From: an uncultured Hyphomicrobiales bacterium
GTDB lineage: Bacteria > Bacteroidota > Ignavibacteria > Kapaibacteriales > UBA2268
Assembly (NCBI GenBank): GCA_964634885.1
Contig: CAZWLN010000001.1
Coordinates: 135,932-199,931, forward strand
Length of the DNA stretch: 64,000 nt
Direction of reading: 5' to 3'
Made by a program: the position numbers and the translations under genes. Positions 1 to 10,764 of this stretch are shown one piece after another. Numbering within the stretch: the stretch's first letter is position 1; every line of letters begins with the position of its first letter. Under the pieces are notes generated by a model. The model had not been told where the DNA came from, searched no databases, and worked only from the letters and a program-made list of their open reading frames with translations.

Positions 1-2507
1 AACTTATTAATAATTGCACTTCGACGGGTTATTTCCATGCAATCAATTGGAGTCCGGACGGGAAATATATTGTATTTTCCAACCGGTATCAAGTTTATGT
101 TTATAATACTCAAACCGGAAAACTTAATACGATCGACGGCATTACCGATTCTCATCCTTATTTATGCTGGTGCGGCGACAGCAAAAGAATTGCATTTATT
201 AGCAAAAATCATTATAGTATTGAAATCTGGGATGTGGAAAAACTTATAAAAATAAAAACACTTACTGAGAATTATATACCATATAATGTTTTTGAATGCA
301 GTCCGGACGGAAAAAGAATTGCTGTTAGTACCAATAAATTCCAGATAGAAATATGGGATTGGGAAAAAGGAGAGATTGTCCAAACCCTGACCGGCCATAA
401 AAAGGAAATAAATTCCTTAAATTACAGTCCCGACGGCAACTTCTTAATGAGCACATCGATGGATAAAACTGTGAAGATTTGGGACAACGATACTTATAAT
501 TTATTAAGTACTTTTACAAAAACCAACCTTAATTACAGTACGGCAGACTGGTCACCGGACGGTAAAAAGATTATTTACGTCGATGAAGAGATGTTTATCA
601 AATTATTTGAGTTCCCTTCGGGTAAGGTCCTCAAAGTATGTGCCGGACATAACGGAACAATAAGTTCTGTTAGCTGGAACCCCGACAATAAAAGCATTAT
701 CAGCGCTTCGACCCATGATATTCCAAACTATGAGGGCCTTGGACATAAACATTTGAATTATATCAAAAGGTGGAACACTGGTAACATGGAATATGATACG
801 ACTTTATACAGAAAATTTGATGATGATGTTATTAGTGGAGTCTCGTACAGCCCTGACGGCAAATATCTCTCCATTGTCTATGGGAATTCTGTCAAAGTCT
901 ATGAAGTCGATGGAATGAATTATTATCTTCAGATGAATAACTCTTACGGGGCAAATTACATTCCCCAATGGAGCCCGGACAGTACGAAAATTGCCTGTGG
1001 CGTTGTCGGTGCAGGCATTGTCATTCATGACCTCAATACAAAAAAGTTCCTGCGGTTTATCAGTTACAAATTAATAGAATATGAAAATACATATTGCTGG
1101 AGCAACGACGGAAAATATATTCTCACTGATTCCTATAATAATACTATTCAATTCTGGGATGTAAACACCGGCAGTCTTTACAGGGAAATACCCCTTACAC
1201 AGCCGAAAGTAAACTTAACCAAAGATATGACAATGAGCCCTGACGGAAAAAGGATCGCTTACAAAGGTATCGACACCATCTGTGTAATAAATGTCAACGA
1301 TGGCTCGCTTGCTTTCAAATTCAAAATGAAATACAATGACACCCCGATTGTGTGGAGCCCGGACAGTAAAACCCTGGCTATTAGCTATAGTAGAATTATT
1401 TCCTTTTTAGACAGCGAAAGCGGAAAAGAATTATATTCAATATGCGGCTACTATTCAGAGGACATGTGTTGGAACCCGAAAGGGGATAGAATTGCTATAA
1501 AATCGGGTATGATAATTATTGATCCCTTGAACAATAATGAAGAAGCTGTCTCCGAAGCCAACTGGTCGATAGTCAAGCCCAAGGCAGAGTGCAGTGATGT
1601 AAATATCGGGAAAATTGCCGTCAATTCTGTCAAAGACACCGTAATCAACGATTACATTTTAAGTACGGATTTCCCAATCAGGATCGACAGCATTGTATTT
1701 TCAGGGACGAATGCTGGTACTTTCAGGGTTGCCGACGGTACGACACCGTTCTTTCTTCCGCATCATGATTCGCAGCCTGTTGAATTCCTGTTCAGCCCCT
1801 ACTCTGTGGGTAAACACACGGCTCAGATTTTGGTATTCACCCAGACAGACACCCTCAGGCAGACGATTACCGGCGAAGGTACCGGTTCCGCTTTAGGTGT
1901 TAAATATGGCAGTATAAATCTCGGCCTGGTCAATACCGGAACAAAAAAGGATACTTTAATTACGGGAATAATAAATAATCCGGGTTCCGAAGCAATTAAT
2001 ATCAATGCAATCAGATTAAGGGATGACAAAGACGGAGAGTTCTCACTGTTGACAGGCTCCGGTCCATTTGTATTGAATGCCGGGGCTTCTGTCGATGTCG
2101 GGTTGAGTTACAGTCCACGGTCTGCAGGCTACAAAAGCTGCTTCCTGGAATTCCACCATAGCGGGGAAGGTTCGATAGCTACGGTTACACTAACCGGTGT
2201 AGGCCTTGAAAACCCAAGTTCTGCCGGGGACGATAAGCAGACGGATAAAAAGGCTGACAGAATTGTCATCAAACCCAACCCGGCAGGGGATGTGCTGAAT
2301 ATTGAATTGTTGCCCGACATTCCGGGTGAGTACAAAATAAGCATTGCAGACTTACTCGGCAACAGCTTAAAACTCCTGTATTCTGGATTTCTGACAAATG
2401 ATGGTAAGTCTATTCACGCCGACATCAGCGGCCTGGCTGCCGGACAGTATTATGTCATTGTCAGGACTCCGGTTTCAGAACAGGTAAAACCATTCGTAAA
2501 GGAATGA
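1..2507 (+). CDS. WD40/PD40 beta-propeller repeat cell-surface protein with T9SS C-terminal sorting domain (5' partial; continues upstream of window)
   Basis: Translating the same frame from position 3 gives an open frame to the window edge (LINNCTSTGYFHAINWSPDGKYIVFSNRYQVYVYNTQTGK...). The start listed at 234 (a GTG codon) is therefore internal. Repeated SPDGK/IWD blades. Tandem Ig-like beta-sandwich region. C-terminal KPNPAGDVLNIELLPD...GQYYVIV is typical of T9SS CTDs. Confidence 0.7.
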   Translation, partial: LINNCTSTGYFHAINWSPDGKYIVFSNRYQVYVYNTQTGKLNTIDGITDSHPYLCWCGDSKRIAFISKNHYSIEIWDVEKLIKIKTLTENYIPYNVFECSPDGKRIAVSTNKFQIEIWDWEKGEIVQTLTGHKKEINSLNYSPDGNFLMSTSMDKTVKIWDNDTYNLLSTFTKTNLNYSTADWSPDGKKIIYVDEEMFIKLFEFPSGKVLKVCAGHNGTISSVSWNPDNKSIISASTHDIPNYEGLGHKHLNYIKRWNTGNMEYDTTLYRKFDDDVISGVSYSPDGKYLSIVYGNSVKVYEVDGMNYYLQMNNSYGANYIPQWSPDSTKIACGVVGAGIVIHDLNTKKFLRFISYKLIEYENTYCWSNDGKYILTDSYNNTIQFWDVNTGSLYREIPLTQPKVNLTKDMTMSPDGKRIAYKGIDTICVINVNDGSLAFKFKMKYNDTPIVWSPDSKTLAISYSRIISFLDSESGKELYSICGYYSEDMCWNPKGDRIAIKSGMIIIDPLNNNEEAVSEANWSIVKPKAECSDVNIGKIAVNSVKDTVINDYILSTDFPIRIDSIVFSGTNAGTFRVADGTTPFFLPHHDSQPVEFLFSPYSVGKHTAQILVFTQTDTLRQTITGEGTGSALGVKYGSINLGLVNTGTKKDTLITGIINNPGSEAININAIRLRDDKDGEFSLLTGSGPFVLNAGASVDVGLSYSPRSAGYKSCFLEFHHSGEGSIATVTLTGVGLENPSSAGDDKQTDKKADRIVIKPNPAGDVLNIELLPDIPGEYKISIADLLGNSLKLLYSGFLTNDGKSIHADISGLAAGQYYVIVRTPVSEQVKPFVKE

Positions 2508-2532
2508 TTTATTAAGTATTTATTGTAATTAC

Positions 2533-5500
2533 ATGAAAAACGTTATTATCTTCTTAGTGCTGTTTATTGTATATTCAACGCAGGGGCAGGTATTAGCTCT
2601 TAAAAATATTGACAGGTCTGATTTCCCAAGAATAAAAGCAAGTGTTCTATGTACCGATTTATCGGGTAAAACATTGTCCGGACTGACTGCAGCAGACTTC
2701 AGACTCCTGGAGAACGGCAAAGAAAGCAAGATACTGGCTGTGTCCAATGGCGCTCAGTTTTCACCACAGCCATTGTCCGGAGCGCTGATCATCGATGCCT
2801 CAAGATCTATGGATGACGGGAAGACAGCGCTGGCACGTGCGGCAGCAAACCTGTGGCTTGAAATAATGCCCGAAACATCCGAATGTGCAATTACTGCTTT
2901 TGACTACCGAAGTTACACCATTCTGGACCTGACTTCAAATATAAACAAGCTTAAAACAAAAGTTAACGAATTGTTCCAGGGCTACGGTTCATATTACAAG
3001 TTAGCTTTCTCCGACAAAAGAAATAATGCATACGATATTCTTAAATCTGCAAAAAACAAAAAAGTAATAATCCTAATATCAGACGGATTTCATGAAAACG
3101 ACAGTTCCTTCATTGAAATCCTCAAACAGGCAGAGAATGAGAAAGTCGCCTTCTTTACCATTGTCCTGGGCGCCAGATGCTCCGAATCTTTCAAATACCT
3201 TGCTAACCTGACGGACGGCATGTACTTTGAAAATGTTACTAATCAGGAACAGGTTAACGACGCTGTCAGGGCAATTGTGCTCCTTGCTCAGGGAGAACAG
3301 TTCGGTACTATGGAATGGGAAACGGATTTCAACTGTACAAGAGATGTGGATGTGGAACTGACATGCCTGAAGACACAGGCAAGTTGTAAAGATGATTACT
3401 TTAAGACATACAACAACATAGGAAGGCTCGAATTCGACCCGCCCGTTGTTCGTTTCAGAAATATTCCGGCAGGAGTAATGCAAGACACGACGGTAACGGT
3501 TACGGCGTACAACACAGCTTTTAAAATCAACAGCATAAGTTCCTCAAACGGTCATTTTTCTCTTTCAGAAAAGAGCTTTACTCTCCAGCCCGGAAAAAGC
3601 ATGCAGTTAAAACTCAGATACTCTCCCACGGACGACAGTTACCAGTATTCCGTTTTCAATTTTGACAACGGCCTCTGCACAGTTGAATACGAAGCCTGGG
3701 GGTTAAAAGAGGACTCCGGTAAGTATAGAACCAATCTCAGGATTGTTTCACCCAATGGTGGCGAGGAAATTAACGCCGGACGTGAAACCCTGGTCAGGTG
3801 GGAGGGAATTGCTCCTTCGGAGCCTGTCAGGCTGGAGTTCAGTACCGACAACGGCTCTGCGTGGAAGACGATTGCAAAAGCAGTGACAGGCAACCGGTAC
3901 ACCTGGAAGGTTGACGGCAATCTATCAGGGAATAGCTGTTTGCTAAGAGTCTCCCAGGAAAACGGTTCTTCGTTTTTTTCTGATTTAATGTTAAGTATCA
4001 GATTCAGAACTGGGTTCACAAAAATCAAATTCAGCCCCGACAGCCGGCAAATTGCAGCCTATGGCCATAAAGATTTATCTAATGATAATTTACTGTTTAT
4101 CGATGTCAACACCGGCACCTCTTTAGCTAATTATAGAAGTTTGTTCACTACAGATGTTTCTTTTTGCCCGGACAGCAAATATTTTGCTGCTTGTGGTTTT
4201 AATTCTGCCTTATTTTTAGGTGAGCAACAAACCGGAAGAATGCTCCGGCAGTTTTTATATTCAAAAGGCAGATGCAATTCGGTAAGTTTCAGTCCCGACG
4301 GAAAGGAACTTGCATCTCTTACTTTCGACAGCCTGTTAATTCTGTGGGATTTTGTAACCGGGAAAAAAATCAATTCATTGTCCCATCCTTGTAAAACTGA
4401 CTATAATAATGTAGAATTCAGTCCTGACGGCAAACGCCTTTCCATACCCGGACAGAAGGCTAACACAACAGACATAATCGATGTGGCAACATTTAAGACA
4501 ATATGTACAATACCCGGAACTACTTATGAAAACCGGTTTGCTTTCAGTCCTGACAGCAGGTATTTTGCAATAAATAATTCGTCCTCTAATGTAACTTTGT
4601 GGGAAATCGAAACCGGTAAGATGGTCGAATCTTTTTCTCCAGAATCATTCGAGTGCAGTTACCTTTATTATACTCCTGACGGCAATGAAATCGTATGCGC
4701 TAATTCAAAAAAAATAATAATTATTGACGCCCTCAACGGAAATACAAAGAGGTTATTTAAAAATGTCCCGTATTTTAGTTTTACTGCTGTTTCTTTAAGT
4801 CCCGACGGAGAAAAAATCGCTACCATTAATGAAAGAACTCCGGACTTAATTGAAATATGGGATTACAAAACCGGTCTGTTGATAAAGACTATATATATCA
4901 GCACAAACGAATTCAACAAAGTAAAAGTTTATGATGAGCATGATTGCTTTGTTACTTCCGGTGTATTAAGTGTTTATTGTCTCAGTACTATGAATTTTCT
5001 AAGGCATGTACTGATTAGCAATGCTATGAGAATGATTCCCGATGATTTACCAATAATTACAGATAATCCCGACAGCCTCTTTTTTCTAATACCCAATGAA
5101 CAAGAACAAAAGTTACAGTATTATGATCTGCTATCAGGCACCTGCTCCAGAAAACTGAATCTTCCCATTTCTAATAGCTGCTATAAAAGTGTATTTCCCG
5201 ACAATAAGACATTGGCCTATAAATTCAGCAGTGAGAACCAGGTTACTATATATGATATTGAAAATGATAAAAGTATAAAAAAAATTAAAAATAATGATTT
5301 TCCTGCTTCATCTCCTTTCGTTATTACACCGGACGGTAAGAATTTAATATTTGAAAAAGAATTTGACAGTAACAACAACCTTCTGCTTTTCAATCTTGCC
5401 GACAGTGCATTTATTACTAAGTATTCAGGCCATCGAAAAGGCCTTACCAACTTTGATTTTACTCCCGACTGCAAATATTTTGTAACCGCAAGCTATGACA

Positions 5501-6768
5501 CAACGGTTAAAATATGGGATTACAACTCCGGCAGTGAGATCAGGACTTTAACAGGTTTTGAATGTCCTGTAGAAGCCATCTCCATTTCCAATGACGGCAA
5601 TATTCTTGCTACCAATCCTTTTCGCTCGACTCTAATCCAACTTTGGGACCTGAAAACAGGAACAATAATGAGTACCATCGACAATAAAGATAATTATTTG
5701 GATGTTTTGGATATTAGCTCAAGCGGGAAATATCTGGCATCCGGAAGTTTTTATAATGTGAATATTTGGAATCTCGAAGACAACAGGGTAAAAACGGACA
5801 TTTCCGATGCCGTTTTGGCAATCAGGCAGGCTCCTGTTGAAACAAAGAATGTCGATCTGGGAAAAGTCAGCATTAACACTGTAAAAGACAGCCTCGTTAA
5901 AGAATTGATAGTCAATTCAAGTTCAAAAAAAATCAGGATAGAATACATCTGCATCGATAGTGCTTACATAAGCCCATTTTCTGTTGCTCCCGGCATTCTG
6001 CCCGCAGAATTGGGCCCCGGCACTTCTTTAAGTGTCGATGTGTGTTTCAAACCTAAAGGACTTGGTACTTTCACTGCTTTACTGCTTATAATTACCGAGG
6101 CAGATACGATAAGAAAATCCATTACTGCTGAGTGTGTGAACCCGGACTTGGCTTCTCCTGTTGAATTGGTTGACTTTGGTACCGTTCCGGCAGGCTCTGC
6201 AAAAGATACGACTTTGTTGCTGCTGAAGAATATTACTGCCAATCCCATTGAAGTAAGCTCTATTGCAGTACAATATCCCAATACAGACCAATACGAACTG
6301 CTGAGCAGCAATCACTTTACTCTACAACCTTACGAAAAATCAAATATCACACTGAGGTTTAAACCAAATAGCGCCGGCAGGATCTCCGGCAGGCTGCTTG
6401 TGTATTACCAGGGTTCTACGTCGCCGTTAATCATACATTTATTTGGGTATGGAAACGGGGACAATCTTGGTATTGATGAAGGCATCAACAACAAATCAGG
6501 CATACAAAGCAGCAGGATTGTATTTATTTGTCCCAATCCTTCGAGCGAATCGGTAGAAATCGGACTTAACCTGCTCGAAGCAGGTACAAGCCGCCTTTTC
6601 ATCACCGACATACTCGGCAAAGAAGTTAAACAACTATTTAACAGTTCGGTTAACGAGTTCGGAACCAGGACAATTACTGCCGACATCAGCGGCCTGCCGG
6701 CAGGGGTTTACTTTGTCGTACTGCAAACTCCAACTGTAAGAAGTTCGATGATTTGGATAAAAAGATAG
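2533..6768 (+). CDS. Secreted VWA-domain / beta-propeller (WD40-PD40) / tandem Ig-like protein with T9SS CTD
   Basis: N-terminal signal peptide. MIDAS-like IIDASRSMDDGK (DxSxS) VWA motif. Many FSPDGK and IWDYKTG/KIWDYNSG WD40-type blades. C-terminal FICPNPSSESVEIGLNLL...GVYFVVLQTP sorting domain. Confidence 0.75.
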   Translation: MKNVIIFLVLFIVYSTQGQVLALKNIDRSDFPRIKASVLCTDLSGKTLSGLTAADFRLLENGKESKILAVSNGAQFSPQPLSGALIIDASRSMDDGKTALARAAANLWLEIMPETSECAITAFDYRSYTILDLTSNINKLKTKVNELFQGYGSYYKLAFSDKRNNAYDILKSAKNKKVIILISDGFHENDSSFIEILKQAENEKVAFFTIVLGARCSESFKYLANLTDGMYFENVTNQEQVNDAVRAIVLLAQGEQFGTMEWETDFNCTRDVDVELTCLKTQASCKDDYFKTYNNIGRLEFDPPVVRFRNIPAGVMQDTTVTVTAYNTAFKINSISSSNGHFSLSEKSFTLQPGKSMQLKLRYSPTDDSYQYSVFNFDNGLCTVEYEAWGLKEDSGKYRTNLRIVSPNGGEEINAGRETLVRWEGIAPSEPVRLEFSTDNGSAWKTIAKAVTGNRYTWKVDGNLSGNSCLLRVSQENGSSFFSDLMLSIRFRTGFTKIKFSPDSRQIAAYGHKDLSNDNLLFIDVNTGTSLANYRSLFTTDVSFCPDSKYFAACGFNSALFLGEQQTGRMLRQFLYSKGRCNSVSFSPDGKELASLTFDSLLILWDFVTGKKINSLSHPCKTDYNNVEFSPDGKRLSIPGQKANTTDIIDVATFKTICTIPGTTYENRFAFSPDSRYFAINNSSSNVTLWEIETGKMVESFSPESFECSYLYYTPDGNEIVCANSKKIIIIDALNGNTKRLFKNVPYFSFTAVSLSPDGEKIATINERTPDLIEIWDYKTGLLIKTIYISTNEFNKVKVYDEHDCFVTSGVLSVYCLSTMNFLRHVLISNAMRMIPDDLPIITDNPDSLFFLIPNEQEQKLQYYDLLSGTCSRKLNLPISNSCYKSVFPDNKTLAYKFSSENQVTIYDIENDKSIKKIKNNDFPASSPFVITPDGKNLIFEKEFDSNNNLLLFNLADSAFITKYSGHRKGLTNFDFTPDCKYFVTASYDTTVKIWDYNSGSEIRTLTGFECPVEAISISNDGNILATNPFRSTLIQLWDLKTGTIMSTIDNKDNYLDVLDISSSGKYLASGSFYNVNIWNLEDNRVKTDISDAVLAIRQAPVETKNVDLGKVSINTVKDSLVKELIVNSSSKKIRIEYICIDSAYISPFSVAPGILPAELGPGTSLSVDVCFKPKGLGTFTALLLIITEADTIRKSITAECVNPDLASPVELVDFGTVPAGSAKDTTLLLLKNITANPIEVSSIAVQYPNTDQYELLSSNHFTLQPYEKSNITLRFKPNSAGRISGRLLVYYQGSTSPLIIHLFGYGNGDNLGIDEGINNKSGIQSSRIVFICPNPSSESVEIGLNLLEAGTSRLFITDILGKEVKQLFNSSVNEFGTRTITADISGLPAGVYFVVLQTPTVRSSMIWIKR

Positions 6769-6884
6769 TAATATAATAATTCGGCTTTTAATTAGTGTAT
6801 ATAATTACTATATTTGATGGTTGTTCGAAGTTAATTTTCTGGCTCTTAAAGGAGTTTGTTTAAGTATTATTATTTGTTGGCAAC

Positions 6885-8993
6885 ATGCGAAGAATTTTGT
6901 TATTATTGCTATTATCAAGCAGCAGCCTGTGTGCACAGTCACTCTTCGTTTTCAACCCGGACACCACCGGATTTCCTGTAATGAAAGCGAATTTCTATGC
7001 TTATGACAGTACGGGTAAACAGGCCTTAAATCCGGGGACATCAGACTTTAAGGTTACCGAGAACGGAGAAGACAGAAGAGTGTTAAGTGTGAGCTGCCCT
7101 TTGCCAAAGCAACCTGTGAATGTTTCAGTGGCAATGAGTATTGATGTCTCCGGCTCGATGGCCGCGAATATTATTCCTATACCTGTTGAACTTGGGAAAA
7201 CAACAGCGACGGATCTGTGTAACATGGTAGCAATGCCACCGTCGGAATTTGCTTTACAAAAATGCGATGACATTGCTGTGATAATGCGTGATTTTACAAC
7301 TGACAGAAGCAAAATAATAAATGAAATTAATAAAATTACTGCTTCAGGCGATAATGATTTTGTTGAACAGTTGCTCAATGACAGGACGGGGTTGCTTAAT
7401 ATTGTAAAAACCGGAAATAACAAACGTATTGCCGTCCTGTACACCGACGCCTGGTGGTATTCCCTGACTGAGCCAGAATTACAAAGATGTATTGATACTT
7501 GTAAAAAATATGATATAAAATTTTATGCGATCATATATTCAAGGCCAGAAGCAATGCCCGATGGTATCAAATCATCTCTTAATAAATTAGCGGAGGCTAC
7601 CAGAGGAAAACTCTATGATGGTATAACAAGTCTGAAACAAGCTTCTGAATTGGCTGAAATATTACAGAAAGAGACACAGGACATCGATGCCTGTACGATT
7701 GAATGGGAATCCGAATATTCCTGCAAATCCAAAATAAATGACGTGGAGGTTAAACTACTTACTACAGGTAATGTGTCAAAACTTTCCTATCAATCGCCCA
7801 AAAATTCGCTAATGAAACTTGAATTCAATCCCGTAATAGTTTCTTTTCTAAATACATTAAAAGATACATGCACTACTGTTACTGTAACAGCACGCAATGC
7901 GGATTTCACTGTAACCAATATTACGCTGTCGAATCCATCATACAGAATCGAAGAGCCGACAAGCTTTACCCTGAAAGACGGGGAGAGCCGGAACCTGCAG
8001 GTATGCTACACGCCCCCCGACAGCGGTTACAGCTTTTGCCAGTTTACGTTTGTGAATGATCAATGTCCTGCGAACTACTATGCCAGAGGCGGTTTCAAGA
8101 ATAAGAAACCATCTATTAAAACAATAAAGTTAATCCATCCCAACGGTGCCGAAGTGTTTTTAGCGGGCAACGATACGGTAATTACCTGGGAAGGTGTGTT
8201 GCCCGAGGAGCCGGTCACAATTGAATACAGCACAGATCGGGGCTTAAACTGGAAATTAATTGCTCAAAATGCAACAGGCCTCAGTTACAAATGGCATATA
8301 CCGAATACTCCAAGTGAACAGTGTTTAGCAAGGGTTACAGCACAGGCAGGATATAGGTATTCTGATTTTCCAGAGGTTAAGATTTGTAATCAGATATGGA
8401 TGGGCATAAACCTCGATGTGGAGTGTTACAGGAATGGGGATACCATTCGTCATGCTGCAACCAATGATGAATGGAAGGATGCAAATGCAAAACAGGAAGG
8501 CGCCTGGTGCTACTTTAACAATGACCCTGTAAACGGGGAAATTTATGGAAAACTATATAATGGCTATGCCGTTAGCGACCCGAGGGGCCTGGCGCCTGTT
8601 GGTTGGCATATTGCAAGTGATATTGAATGGATTGAATTGGAAATGTGCCTCGGTATGTCGAAGGAAGAAGCTGAAAAATTCGATAAACGGGGAACAGTTC
8701 AGGGTGGCAAGCTCAAGTCCACTGGTACGATCGAAGAAGGGGACGGGCTGTGGAAATATCCTAATAACGGAGCAACGAATGAAACTGGGTTTTCATGTTT
8801 ACCAGCCGGGTCCCGTGATGGTATTGGAAAATTTTATTACATAGGTATTATGTCAATTATTTGGACATCAACGTCCCCCTCATGGAATTTCTCCTACTTA
8901 TGTTTTAGAAAATTTCAATACGATTATGTAACAATCGTAAGAAACCTTTATGATAAAAGTGACGGCTTTTCTGTCCGCTGTGTCAGGGATTAG
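6885..8993 (+). CDS. Secreted VWA-domain protein with C-terminal Fibrobacter-succinogenes-major-paralogous-like (TIGR02145-type) domain
   Basis: Signal peptide MRRILLLLLLSSSSLCAQS. MIDAS-like SIDVSGSM. The middle beta-sandwich block (IHPNGAEV...ITWEG...IEYSTDRGLNWKLIA...CLARV) is paralogous to the same block in the 2533..6768 protein. The C-terminus (GKLYNGYAV...GWHIASDIEW...GGKLKSTG...GFSCLPAG.R...GFSVRCVRD) matches the Fib_succ_major pattern. Confidence 0.65.
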   Translation: MRRILLLLLLSSSSLCAQSLFVFNPDTTGFPVMKANFYAYDSTGKQALNPGTSDFKVTENGEDRRVLSVSCPLPKQPVNVSVAMSIDVSGSMAANIIPIPVELGKTTATDLCNMVAMPPSEFALQKCDDIAVIMRDFTTDRSKIINEINKITASGDNDFVEQLLNDRTGLLNIVKTGNNKRIAVLYTDAWWYSLTEPELQRCIDTCKKYDIKFYAIIYSRPEAMPDGIKSSLNKLAEATRGKLYDGITSLKQASELAEILQKETQDIDACTIEWESEYSCKSKINDVEVKLLTTGNVSKLSYQSPKNSLMKLEFNPVIVSFLNTLKDTCTTVTVTARNADFTVTNITLSNPSYRIEEPTSFTLKDGESRNLQVCYTPPDSGYSFCQFTFVNDQCPANYYARGGFKNKKPSIKTIKLIHPNGAEVFLAGNDTVITWEGVLPEEPVTIEYSTDRGLNWKLIAQNATGLSYKWHIPNTPSEQCLARVTAQAGYRYSDFPEVKICNQIWMGINLDVECYRNGDTIRHAATNDEWKDANAKQEGAWCYFNNDPVNGEIYGKLYNGYAVSDPRGLAPVGWHIASDIEWIELEMCLGMSKEEAEKFDKRGTVQGGKLKSTGTIEEGDGLWKYPNNGATNETGFSCLPAGSRDGIGKFYYIGIMSIIWTSTSPSWNFSYLCFRKFQYDYVTIVRNLYDKSDGFSVRCVRD

Positions 8994-9012
8994 AATATAT
9001 TGATTTTTTCGT

Positions 9013-9033
9013 ATATGAATTATCAATTCATAT
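9013..9033. promoter_or_regulatory. Perfect 9-bp inverted repeat ATATGAATT-ATC-AATTCATAT about 30 nt upstream of the 9065 CDS (candidate operator or weak AT-only terminator)
   Basis: Read directly: the two arms are exact reverse complements, and TTTTTG follows. Confidence 0.3.
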
Positions 9034-9064
9034 TTTTGAAATTTTTAACTCAATAATTAAAACA

Positions 9065-9991
9065 ATGAAAAAATTCATCATCCTGATAATGACTCTTTCT
9101 ATGTATTGCTGGCTGACGGCGCAGGAAAGCGTCACCAGGACCGATTCCCTTGAATTCAACCTCTTCATCAGGTCTCTTCCCGAACTGGAACTGCCGATCT
9201 TTACTTTACCCGAACCTCAGACTCCGGAGATTACCGATACGAATTTCATGAAGAATTACTTTTTTGTATTTGAAGAAGAATTTTCCCCGGACCAGCAATG
9301 CAACCATGGATACGCTCTGGGAAAAGCATTAGTGAAAGACAAGATATTCGTATTCTACTGGATCGATGGATGTGCGGGCGGCGACAACCAGAGCGACTAC
9401 TTAGTAATATATGACTGGAATGGAAATAAAATTGATATGCTGGTAACAGGTTTTGGTAACGCTGACTGGGGAAATGAAAACTATCAATACGGCAAGGTTT
9501 ATGCGGACAGCATCACAATAGTACTGACCGTATCAGAAAGAGAAGGTGACGAAAACGGAGAAGAAGGAGAAATGGTACTGAAACACAGGGAAGATATTAA
9601 GTACCTCATCGGCCCGGACGGCAAAATCCGAATGGAATTCAGGACAATAAACAGGTCCTATACTATCAGGGACAGCCTTCTTTACATAAAAAACAGGCTG
9701 ATTTACAACTGCCGTAACAAAATCGAAGAAGTCTTTCCGGAACTGGACAGGGTCTATTTAATAGTCTCCCAAAAACTGCCCGGAAAAGAAAATGACTGTT
9801 CCATCGATCTTCATTCCGTTACAAAACAGGGAAAGTTACTTTGGAAGACTGGGCTTTTTTCTGAAGCTACAGATTTCCGGGATCATTACATCAGTTTCAC
9901 AAGCGGAAAAAAGAGTTTGGAACTGCATATTAATTATCACAGTTTTGCTATCGACAGGAAAACAGGTAAATTTGCTGAAAAACAATACTAA
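9065..9991 (+). CDS. Hypothetical secreted protein (signal peptide, no recognised domain)
   Basis: N-terminal MKKFIILIMTLSMYCWLTAQ signal-like segment. Reasonable ORF length and composition. Confidence 0.5.
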   Translation: MKKFIILIMTLSMYCWLTAQESVTRTDSLEFNLFIRSLPELELPIFTLPEPQTPEITDTNFMKNYFFVFEEEFSPDQQCNHGYALGKALVKDKIFVFYWIDGCAGGDNQSDYLVIYDWNGNKIDMLVTGFGNADWGNENYQYGKVYADSITIVLTVSEREGDENGEEGEMVLKHREDIKYLIGPDGKIRMEFRTINRSYTIRDSLLYIKNRLIYNCRNKIEEVFPELDRVYLIVSQKLPGKENDCSIDLHSVTKQGKLLWKTGLFSEATDFRDHYISFTSGKKSLELHINYHSFAIDRKTGKFAEKQY

Positions 9992-10219
9992 TTTACACTT
10001 TAATAAGATGGAACTGCCCATTTCTTAAATTCTGCTTCCTGTCAACTAGATTTATGTTGCGGGTAATAACTGCTTAATGGTCACATTACCAGTTAGTCTC
10101 TGTAGTTTAGCCCTCCGATTGTCTTTTGTTGCTGCTCGATACAAAATATTCTTTGTCAAAACATGAATTTTCGTTAATTTATAATAGTGATGTTTCATTT
10201 ATTATGACAGGTTTTTTGT

Positions 10220-10762
10220 ATGCTTGATTTTGACCTCTTTAACTATTACACTCAGGTAAAGGATCACAACATTCTAATCTCCTTCAAAGGGGCGCTCTCC
10301 CAGGAAATACTTGTCGAAATGGGTGATTTCATCAAGAACAAAGTGTCTGTCGATAAAAAGATTAAAAAGATATTCACGGTTTTCGTCGAACTGGCACAAA
10401 ACATCATGCATTACTCCGCCGAAAGGGAAGAGATCGACGGCAAATCCTACGGCGTGGGCATCATTACTTTTACCGAAAGCAGCGATTTCTACCATATAAC
10501 TTCGGGTAACCTTACCGAAAAAGAACAGGCCTCTAAGTTTGCCGCCAGGTTACAGCGAATCAACAGCATGACCGAAGAAGAACTGAAAGAAAATTACAGC
10601 GAACAAATACGCAAGCCCTTAGACAGTTCCAACAAAGGAGCCGGCCTGGGATTGCTCGAAATCGCAAGAAAATCCAGTGGGAAAATAGATTACGAAATTG
10701 AAGACTACAACGAACAGCACTCGTTTCTTGTTCTGTCTGTGAATATTAAAAAGGGAGACTGA
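10220..10762 (+). CDS. Small GHKL-type Ser/Thr kinase, SiaB/RsbW-like (partner-switch kinase)
   Basis: 180 aa. N-box-like VELAQNIMHYS (E..N...H). G-box NKGAGLGLLEIARKS. No His-kinase H-box. Lies 2 nt upstream of a DUF1987 gene. Confidence 0.6.
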   Translation: MLDFDLFNYYTQVKDHNILISFKGALSQEILVEMGDFIKNKVSVDKKIKKIFTVFVELAQNIMHYSAEREEIDGKSYGVGIITFTESSDFYHITSGNLTEKEQASKFAARLQRINSMTEEELKENYSEQIRKPLDSSNKGAGLGLLEIARKSSGKIDYEIEDYNEQHSFLVLSVNIKKGD

Positions 10763-10764
10763 GG

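Noticed and set aside
10150-10190. Sigma-70-like promoter (TTGTCA ... TATAAT) upstream of the SiaB-like gene
   Set aside because: The spacing between the candidate -35 and -10 is about 21 nt, outside the usual 16-19 nt. FCB-group promoters also often use a different consensus. Not supportable without transcript data.
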